From a virus (taxonomy: Duplodnaviria > Caudoviricetes): DNA of 31,785 nt. Made by a program: the position numbers and the translations under genes. The notes under the pieces were generated by a model that saw only the letters and a list, made by a program, of their open reading frames with translations, searched no databases and was not told where the DNA came from. The stretch lies in the IMG/VR virus record IMGVR_UViG_3300035235_000031, positions 1 to 31,785 of that record; one strand, written 5' to 3'. Of the stretch, positions 24,926 to 31,785 are shown piece after piece (positions within the stretch are counted from its first letter, which is position 1; each line of letters opens with the position of its first letter).

Positions 24926-25843
24926 TTACCCCTTCCCTAATAAACCTAACAGGTCACTCATACCAAACGCTGGTTTAGGAGTCACAGCGCCAGACAACAA
25001 GTTAGCACCAACACCACCCAGCAAGTTAGCTCTTGCCATTTCTGAACTAAGCATTGCTTCAAGACCAGACATAGTAGCTTCACCAAACATACCTGAACCA
25101 AACTGACGAGACTGCTGCTCAAGTTGTTGTTGTGTAAGACCCGGCTGCAAACCAGCAACTAATTGTTGTTGTGGCATATATCCTGCACCAAGGAACTGCT
25201 GACCTAAAGCAGCTTGTTGCATTTGTTCTTGTCGTGCTTGTTGCATAGCACCTAACATAGCTGAATTACGTGCTTCTTCTTGTGCCTTAGCTAATGCTAA
25301 CTGTTCAGGTGTGCCCCCAAACTGCGCTGTACGTACTCCTAAACGCCCTTGAGCAGCCATTCTTTGTTCTTGCTCAAGACGTTGACGTTGCTCTTCAGGA
25401 GACATAGCAGTACGCATACGTTGGAATATTTCTTGTTCACGTTCTGCTGTAGGTTGAGTGGCCTGACCAAAGAAATCACCAGCGCCACCAAACAGCTGTT
25501 GCTGTAACGCTTGTTCTTCAGGAGATAATGTCATTGTAGTCTGAAGACCACCATCAGCACCCATCATAGAACCAAAGCCAGAACCAGTAGCAGTAGTAAC
25601 AGTAAAGGGTTTAAACTGTGACATCTCTAACTGACGTTGCGCTAACTCATCAGCACCCATCCTAGCTTCTTTTCCTACGTCACTAAGGCGACCGTAAGCC
25701 TCGCCCGTAAGTAGACCGCCAAGAACACCGGGCAAAACGGATGTATTATTTCCTAAGAAGTCTGTAAGACCTCCTAAAAAGTCAAAGAAGCTGCTTGTGC
25801 TTTCTTCTTCAACTGGTGGTTGTACTGTTGGAAACGGTCCCAT
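24926..25843 (-). CDS. Putative DNA ejection/pilot protein (305 aa)
   Basis: Gly-rich amphipathic ends and Q-rich centre; follows the nozzle gene. Confidence 0.6.
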   Translation of the reverse strand: MGPFPTVQPPVEEESTSSFFDFLGGLTDFLGNNTSVLPGVLGGLLTGEAYGRLSDVGKEARMGADELAQRQLEMSQFKPFTVTTATGSGFGSMMGADGGLQTTMTLSPEEQALQQQLFGGAGDFFGQATQPTAEREQEIFQRMRTAMSPEEQRQRLEQEQRMAAQGRLGVRTAQFGGTPEQLALAKAQEEARNSAMLGAMQQARQEQMQQAALGQQFLGAGYMPQQQLVAGLQPGLTQQQLEQQSRQFGSGMFGEATMSGLEAMLSSEMARANLLGGVGANLLSGAVTPKPAFGMSDLLGLLGKG

Positions 25844-25856
25844 GTCTTACTCCTGA

Positions 25857-27365
25857 TTAAAGTAGCTTACCTATTAAAGCCATTACGTTAATTTCTTGTA
25901 GTGATAATTGAGAGCCTTTTATATCTGCCTCTAGACCTACAACAACACTTGTTCCATATCCTGTAGCATTTAAGCTACGTTGATTAGTTAATGCACCACC
26001 AGTAAACTCTACAGTGGTGTATTCACTCTCGCCATAGTATCCAGTAATTTGATCGCCTACTGTAAACTCTGATGTTGCATAAGTACCTTTAAAGTCGTAT
26101 GCCCACTTTATAAATACTGCTGCATTGTTCGCACCAACTAACGTAGGCTTTAGCTTTTTTAAAATTTTAATTCTAGAAGCATCACCAAAAGTTAAACTAG
26201 GACTGTAGTATTTAAATCTGTAAGTGTTACCGTTGTCTTCATAACCAGCATATTGACTAATGCCATCAATAGTTCCTATTAACAAGTCTCCGTTTTCTTT
26301 TCTTGCATAAGACGAAAAACCAGTAGACAACCAACGAGTAACACGGTAAGATCCATTTTCTAATGTGCCTCGAACATCAAAGCAGTAGGTTATGTTTTGT
26401 CCTACAAAAGTTAATAAGTAAAAACTTTCTTCAGGACTGTAAACAGATCTAAAGAATGTATTCTCTGATTGTAATGCACTAATAATATCTTTAGTAATGT
26501 TTCCTGACAAACTACTAATAGGAAGTGACTTTTCTTGTACTGTTCGGCCAAAGCTTTTAAGACCTGTATGTGCTAAAAACAATACATCAGTACCGGTGTA
26601 CTGTACAGTATCTCTGTTCACACAACCCACACCAGCTACTGTGTCAGCTAAAGCCATTGTTGCAGGAGCTTCTGCACCAGAATACGTAACAATACTATGC
26701 TTACCAAATATAATTAATAAACCGTTGTGTGCCGCTAGTGCAACAATCTCGTCATAACCATCAGGCCATACTTTAGATATGTCAATAGAACCACTAGTAC
26801 CGCCTGAGTAGTCGTGACCTATAAGAAGGTCTGACCAGTAAATAATAGAAGGATTACTACTTACTCCTGTTACCCAAAGACGACCAAAAGCTGACAGCAC
26901 TTCGTTACCTTGTACAACACCAGCTGCACCAGCAACTGAGTCTAGACGTACTACAGAAGTACCGTCGTACACCAAAGGTGCTTGAGAAGCTTGAAATAAA
27001 TAAGCTTTGTCGTTAAAGTTAACAATCTTCCAGTTGTCAGCAGTGATTGTATAACCGCCGGGTGTAGCGTCTGTAAGTGTAGTAGTGCCTGTAAATATCT
27101 TGTTGTTACCTACAGATAAAACTATATTACTACCTACACTTCTATCAAATTCTTTTATAGCTCTAATTGTCCCAGAGCCTAGTTCTGTTTTATTAGTTGT
27201 AATAACGCTATGACCTTTACGTGCCGCAATACGACCACGTTTATCAATCACGGCGTTGTCTGCAATTTCTGCAAACGACGGATCTTGAGCGAGCGGAGAG
27301 TCTTCGGTATTGATTCCCTTAAACGCTGGTGCTACAAGATTAATACTCTTTAGTTCTTGAGCCAT
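25857..27365 (-). CDS. Tail nozzle / tubular protein B (P22 gp10/T7 gp12-like)
   Basis: Beta-rich 502 aa with GRLWV, IYWSD, IVAL and GVGCV beta-propeller patterns; follows the adaptor. Confidence 0.75.
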   Translation of the reverse strand: MAQELKSINLVAPAFKGINTEDSPLAQDPSFAEIADNAVIDKRGRIAARKGHSVITTNKTELGSGTIRAIKEFDRSVGSNIVLSVGNNKIFTGTTTLTDATPGGYTITADNWKIVNFNDKAYLFQASQAPLVYDGTSVVRLDSVAGAAGVVQGNEVLSAFGRLWVTGVSSNPSIIYWSDLLIGHDYSGGTSGSIDISKVWPDGYDEIVALAAHNGLLIIFGKHSIVTYSGAEAPATMALADTVAGVGCVNRDTVQYTGTDVLFLAHTGLKSFGRTVQEKSLPISSLSGNITKDIISALQSENTFFRSVYSPEESFYLLTFVGQNITYCFDVRGTLENGSYRVTRWLSTGFSSYARKENGDLLIGTIDGISQYAGYEDNGNTYRFKYYSPSLTFGDASRIKILKKLKPTLVGANNAAVFIKWAYDFKGTYATSEFTVGDQITGYYGESEYTTVEFTGGALTNQRSLNATGYGTSVVVGLEADIKGSQLSLQEINVMALIGKLL

Positions 27366-27366
27366 A

Positions 27367-28014
27367 TCAGATAGTCCTAAAGATCATCTCTTCTGGGTGC
27401 TTTGCCGCGTCTATTGCAATAGCATCAGACAAATACTTATCAGCAATACTAAAGTATTCACCAGTAGAAGTACCACCTGTTTCACCACGTTCACGAGTTA
27501 ACAAAGCTACTGAATAGTGAATAACAGGCTGTGAAGGTATAAGTAATACATCAGTATTAGCACTTAAGTCTGGTTGTCGTTTAACTACATTAAAACGTAA
27601 ACTGTACGAACCATCAGGAGTTGGACCTACTAATACTTGCGTATCGCCGTTAGCATCAAGGCCATTATACGTGTAATATCTTGGTGTACTTTCTGGTGTA
27701 TTAACAATATATATCTGTTCGTTAAACCAGTCTTTAGTTTGATAATGCATAAAGAAATTACTAGTATCATTAATAACAGACATAACTTTTACATCGTCAC
27801 TACAGTCAGTCAGTGCATAAGTATTGTTAGATACAGTAGCAGGAACAATAATAGTCTCACGTAAAGCAGACCAATCAGTTGCCTCTTCTACTAATTTCTT
27901 AGCGTCATTAATAAAGTCGCCTACCATCTTGTTGTAAGTATTACTAGTGACTGACGTAGTTTCTTCTTCACGTAACCTACGTAGCACACTGTTCATTAAA
28001 TTAAGATACGTCAT
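27367..28014 (-). CDS. Head-tail adaptor / tail tubular protein A
   Basis: [16 protein letters not shown]...INDAK...DWSAL pattern. Confidence 0.75.
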   Translation of the reverse strand: MTYLNLMNSVLRRLREEETTSVTSNTYNKMVGDFINDAKKLVEEATDWSALRETIIVPATVSNNTYALTDCSDDVKVMSVINDTSNFFMHYQTKDWFNEQIYIVNTPESTPRYYTYNGLDANGDTQVLVGPTPDGSYSLRFNVVKRQPDLSANTDVLLIPSQPVIHYSVALLTRERGETGGTSTGEYFSIADKYLSDAIAIDAAKHPEEMIFRTI

Positions 28015-31000
28015 GCTAACATTCCCTTTTTACGTGTAGGTGCTTTACCTAATGCAAGTCTTAAAGCTTCTTGGTTATAATCTATTTGAGGTACTGGCGT
28101 TGCTTGTGGTGTTGTAACTTGAAGAGGTTTTACTGTAGGTGCATAAGTAAATGTTTCTAAGTAATCTTTAAATGGTACTTGTTTAGCAGCAGCAGGAGCC
28201 GCAAGCATACCACCAGCAGATAAAGCAGATATTATATTACCGGCTTGAATCTGCTCTTGTAGCTCTTCTGTTTGTTCGCCATAAAATGCTTCAAACTCAT
28301 CAAAGCGTCCCTCTACATCGTCTCTAAAAGTATCTAAGTTAAAACCTAAAGCACCTAACTCATCTCTTAAACCACCTTCTGATGCAGCAAGTTGTTGTAG
28401 TACTGAAGTTTCTAAGCCAGTTAAGTTAGAAAGAAACGCTGCTTCTTGATCGGTAAACTGTGTAGCAATTCCGTTTAAAGCGTCGTTTAACCTGTCGTTT
28501 AAATTACCAAACTCAGTTCTTACTTCACTTTGAAAGCCTGTAAAAATACCTTCAAACTCATCAAAACGACCAGACACATCTGTTCTAAAGTCATCTAAAT
28601 TAAGCCCTAGACTAGTAAGCTCGTCACTTAAAGCACCTTCTGTAGTAGCTAACTGCTGAAGTATTGATGCTTCTATTCCTGTAACACTTTCTAAAAAGGC
28701 TGCTTCTTGATCGGTAAACTGCGTAGCAATGCCGTTTAACGCATCGTCTAATCTATTGTTAAGATTATCAAACCCAGTCTGTACTTCAGTAGAAGTAGCA
28801 AAACCAAAGCTGTCTACAATACCCCTAACGTCATCATCAGATAACCCTTCAGGAAACTCTATATTGCCTATGGCTTCGTTTACAACAGTACTAACATCCG
28901 CTATAGAAATACCTTCAGGTAAGCCATCAATAGCATCTTGTATTAGTTGTCGTACTTGTTCTGGCGTAGCTCCTTCAGGAAACTCTATGTTTGATATAGC
29001 GTTGTTAACAATCTCGTCTATTTGTTCTGGTGTGGCATATCCAGCTTCTGACAGTGCCAGCAATAAACGATCTTCTGTAACAAACCCTGAATCAGCTAAA
29101 GCAGTAGTAATATCATCTGGAGTTGCGTATCCTGCTTCTGACAAATACTGTAGCACCTGCTCTGGTGTAGCAAACCCAGCACCTTGTATTGCCTCATTAA
29201 TCTGCTCTGTTGTAGCAACACCAGACAAAGCGTCTGTTAACTGTTCTTGTGTTAAATAACCAGCATTAGCTAACTCTTCTTGAATACGGTCAAAGTTGTC
29301 TTGTGACAGCGTGACCCCATTAGTTTCAAAGTATTCAGCAATGTCTTCCATTGTAGGCATTGCATTAAAATCAGGAAGCGTATTAACGAAGTTTTGTATA
29401 ATTTCATTAATCTGATCTTGCTGGCCTGTAAACTCTGTGTCAAGCTGGTCTAAGTAATCAGAAAACAATCCTTGAATAATAGATTCTATGTCATCGTCAG
29501 CATCAGCATCAACATCAGCGTCAGCATCAGCATCGGCATCAGCATCGGCATCGGCATTAGCGTCGGCATCAGCGTCGGCATCAGCGTCGGCATCAGCGTC
29601 AGCATCAGCATCGGCATCAGCGTCGGCATCGGGGTCTACAGGGTCTACTTCCCGCAAGTCCTCTTTATCAGGGTCTTCAATCATTGGTGGAATTTCAAAG
29701 TAGTCGTCTAGTAAAAAGTCGTACTTTGACTCGTCGTCCATTAACTTCCAGTCACCAGGGATTATACCGCCTTCTTCTTCATAGCGGGTTCTTAAGTCCT
29801 CAAGAGAGTACTCATAGATGTCTTCTTCTAGTGCATGAAACGAAAGGTCGTCTAACAGTGACTGATACGTACCAGAGTCTATGGTCTCTAAGCCAGTATT
29901 CTCTAGTTGATCTCTGGTGTATTCTCCGTTTAACTCAAAGTCAGTCCCTTCATCTTCAGCTAACCGAAAGTACTCGTCTGTTTCGCTGTTAACAAAGTAG
30001 TTGTCACCTCTATTGGTGAACATAGTATTAGGGTCAACTTCTGTGTCTACTTCTTGCGTAAGAGGAAGTTGGTCTTCTGTTGCTGTACCTGAGTCCACTA
30101 AAACATTACGTACTGAACCGTATACAGCACTGCTTACGTTTTCTATTAAAATACTACCAAGCCAGTCAGGAATACCTGAAGGGAAACTACCAGATAAAAC
30201 ACCACCAATAACAGCTCCTGCTTTTGTAGGGTCTGTAATTGTTCCCAATACTCCAGCAACAATTTTTCCAACTTTTTCTTGTAAGACTCCTGCAGCGGCT
30301 GATCCAGCGCCAACAATAATTTCGCCAATAGCACCTAATATACCACCAAGACTTCCGTCCGTCGATGCTTCTGAAAGACCAGAGTCCCTTACTATCTCTT
30401 CTAATTTGTTTACTGCTTCTCCTACTGTTGGCAAAAAGATAACACCAGCAGAAGGCATCCAGTCAGGAAGAGATATGCCGGGAATGTAAGGAACCATAGC
30501 ATCTAAAATACCGGGTTGGTATTCGTCGTAAACAACGGCATCTCCGTTTTCGTCTAATATTGGATTACCTTCAGAATCTCTTTGAACTACTTGTACGGTT
30601 TCTCCAAAGATTCTACCACCTGTCTTTAAAATGTCTTCTGTTGTTACAGATACACCAGCGCCACCTGTGATTACAAGTGTTTCATCTCTTCCGGGGGGTG
30701 TTGCTGTAGAAATAGGACCACTAGCAAACTGCATAGCTCCTTGATTTATTATACTAGTGACTATAGAACCGGGGTCTTCCATCTCCGCAAGTGCTTCAGG
30801 ATTGTCAATCATTGTATCAACAATGTTTTGAGCTTCCTCGCGTGATCTGTTATATATTAAAATAGCCTCACGAAACGCTTGTGCATTTTCTCGACTAAGA
30901 CCTCCCAAAGGAAGATCTGAAGGAGCAAGTGGACGCCCTGCTGCTGTAGTTTCAGCAAGTATTTGTAAAATTTCTCCTTCAGTATCTAAAAGAGAACTTC

Positions 31001-31058
31001 TACCCATATTTGCAAAAATTTGTGACCAAATACCAGTACTGTCTTCAAGACGACTCAT
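28011..31058 (-). CDS. 1015-aa highly acidic repeat protein of unknown function
   Basis: Long open frame tightly abutting both neighbours. (DA)n tract, ~15-aa tandem repeats and an 87-aa-period duplication. Confidence 0.8.
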   Translation of the reverse strand: MSRLEDSTGIWSQIFANMGRSSLLDTEGEILQILAETTAAGRPLAPSDLPLGGLSRENAQAFREAILIYNRSREEAQNIVDTMIDNPEALAEMEDPGSIVTSIINQGAMQFASGPISTATPPGRDETLVITGGAGVSVTTEDILKTGGRIFGETVQVVQRDSEGNPILDENGDAVVYDEYQPGILDAMVPYIPGISLPDWMPSAGVIFLPTVGEAVNKLEEIVRDSGLSEASTDGSLGGILGAIGEIIVGAGSAAAGVLQEKVGKIVAGVLGTITDPTKAGAVIGGVLSGSFPSGIPDWLGSILIENVSSAVYGSVRNVLVDSGTATEDQLPLTQEVDTEVDPNTMFTNRGDNYFVNSETDEYFRLAEDEGTDFELNGEYTRDQLENTGLETIDSGTYQSLLDDLSFHALEEDIYEYSLEDLRTRYEEEGGIIPGDWKLMDDESKYDFLLDDYFEIPPMIEDPDKEDLREVDPVDPDADADADADADADADADADADADANADADADADADADADVDADADDDIESIIQGLFSDYLDQLDTEFTGQQDQINEIIQNFVNTLPDFNAMPTMEDIAEYFETNGVTLSQDNFDRIQEELANAGYLTQEQLTDALSGVATTEQINEAIQGAGFATPEQVLQYLSEAGYATPDDITTALADSGFVTEDRLLLALSEAGYATPEQIDEIVNNAISNIEFPEGATPEQVRQLIQDAIDGLPEGISIADVSTVVNEAIGNIEFPEGLSDDDVRGIVDSFGFATSTEVQTGFDNLNNRLDDALNGIATQFTDQEAAFLESVTGIEASILQQLATTEGALSDELTSLGLNLDDFRTDVSGRFDEFEGIFTGFQSEVRTEFGNLNDRLNDALNGIATQFTDQEAAFLSNLTGLETSVLQQLAASEGGLRDELGALGFNLDTFRDDVEGRFDEFEAFYGEQTEELQEQIQAGNIISALSAGGMLAAPAAAKQVPFKDYLETFTYAPTVKPLQVTTPQATPVPQIDYNQEALRLALGKAPTRKKGMLA
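28291..28770 (-). repeat. Intragenic duplication, 261-bp (87-aa) period
   Basis: GCTTCTTGATCGGTAAACTG at 28441 and 28702. Protein [24 protein letters not shown]...GRFDEFE occurs twice. Confidence 0.9.
29499..29630 (-). repeat. 22 hexamer units GAYGCY encoding (Asp-Ala)n
   Basis: 20 DA units plus one NA and one DV; variation is almost all at synonymous third positions. Confidence 0.95.
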
Positions 31059-31457
31059 CTATTTTTCCCTCGATACGCCCTTAGTCTTTTCATAAGAACG
31101 CATTGCACCAAGACCAAGCATACCCATAAGTACAGGCATCATAGTCTCTAGATCAATAAGCGGTATAGTTACTTCAATAGCTAACAACGCCAGTACAAAG
31201 TTAGTAAACGGTATCACCATAAAGTTACCTGTCATACCTAGTACACAGCACCAGCCAACAGCAGGTCTCCATCCAGAGACAAACAACGACTTGTGTGCTG
31301 CCTCTACCTTGTTAACTTCTATCTGTGCCGTAGCAAGCTCCTGAGCGTGTATCTGAGCCATTGTAGCGACTTCGTGGGCCAGCCTTGCCTTCTGGTCCTT
31401 GTCCTGTATAAACTTGTCTAGAAGCCCTGTAACCGGCCCTATAAGAGCCTCTATCAT
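31059..31457 (-). CDS. Holin (3TM, GTA-holin-like family)
   Basis: LIGPVTGLLDKFI.DKD, FVSGWRPAVGW and LMGMLGLGAMRSYEK motifs. Confidence 0.85.
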   Translation of the reverse strand: MIEALIGPVTGLLDKFIQDKDQKARLAHEVATMAQIHAQELATAQIEVNKVEAAHKSLFVSGWRPAVGWCCVLGMTGNFMVIPFTNFVLALLAIEVTIPLIDLETMMPVLMGMLGLGAMRSYEKTKGVSREK

Positions 31458-31639
31458 CTTATGTACTCAGCAAAGACTAACGCACCAAGAATAAAAGGAT
31501 ACAGAGCAAAGACAGCTTGACGGTTGACAGTAATGTCCTTACCTGCTGAATCAAGTTGACGTTGAATCATTTCGTAACGAACAAGGCATTCCTTCTCGTG
31601 TCCTTCGAGCCTAGCTATTAGTTCCTCTGTTCTAGTCAT
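31454..31639 (-). CDS. 61-aa protein with HEKEC..RY coiled coil and C-terminal TM segment
   Basis: Hydrophobic C-terminus; overlapping start/stop on both sides. Confidence 0.7.
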   Translation of the reverse strand: MTRTEELIARLEGHEKECLVRYEMIQRQLDSAGKDITVNRQAVFALYPFILGALVFAEYIR

Positions 31640-31785
31640 TACTTACCACCTGTTATAATAAACATTAACAACCCAGCTAAAAGCCCTGTCATCGTCACTA
31701 TAGCCAAAGAACTAACAAGTGCTTCCTTTAGTTCTTGTTGTCTATAAACCGTTTCTTCTCTTTCTCTTGCTATGTTCTTCTTTAG
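31639..31785 (-). CDS. C-terminal fragment of a membrane-anchored protein (starts beyond window)
   Basis: LKKNIAREREETVYRQQELKEALVSSLAIVTMTGLLAGLLMFIITGGK*; stop overlaps the next ATG (TAATG). Confidence 0.65.
   Translation of the reverse strand, partial: LKKNIAREREETVYRQQELKEALVSSLAIVTMTGLLAGLLMFIITGGK

Noticed and set aside
29472-29711. + strand ORFs encoding (SA)n and (IS/IG)n repeats
   Set aside because: Antisense by-products of the stop-free DA hexamer repeat.
3329-30489. Numerous 60-180 aa alternative-frame or antisense ORFs inside large genes (e.g. 11636..12055, 13903..14295, 17922..18320, 28729..29259, 30001..30489)
   Set aside because: Contained within well-supported genes, with no SD or motif support.
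1-31785. CRISPR array, tRNA genes, integrase, phage RNA polymerase, introns/inteins, alternative genetic code
   Set aside because: No repeat-spacer array or cloverleaf seen by eye, and no such protein motifs. Pol, TerL, helicase and RNR are uninterrupted and of compact length under the standard code. The part of the genome outside the window cannot be assessed.

Overview
This window is about 32 kb of a tailed dsDNA phage genome. It looks like a marine podovirus with T7-like replication genes but no phage RNA polymerase in the window, resembling SIO1/cobavirus-like (Zobellviridae-type) phages (inferred from gene content and layout). The assembly appears circularly permuted. A ~540 bp non-coding control region (7001-7541), probably containing the genome ends, separates two divergent arms. 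The + arm (7542-19411) carries small early genes, a sigma-region-4 HTH protein, primase/helicase, family A DNA polymerase, SSB, exonuclease, endonuclease, a metallophosphoesterase, DUF3310 and a class II (B12) ribonucleotide reductase. The - arm carries the putative TerS, M15 endolysin, TerL, portal, four small very basic proteins, scaffold and the start of the major capsid gene. It resumes at the right edge with holin, a 1015-aa highly acidic repeat protein, tail adaptor/nozzle and internal virion proteins, and converges on a terminator at ~19420. The most unusual signals are regulatory. (1) Two tandem sigma-54 (-24/-12) consensus sites lie downstream of an IHF consensus and a repeat array, pointing into the early arm. 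(2) A 16-bp palindrome, ATTAACTGGAGTTAAT, occurs four times, centred on ribosome-binding sites or abutting a -35 box. (3) A ~60-nt leader element is shared between the terminase and primase operons. (4) A family of sigma-70 promoters shares spacer sequence. Several real-looking small ORFs missing from the supplied track were added. All family assignments come from motif recognition, not database searches.
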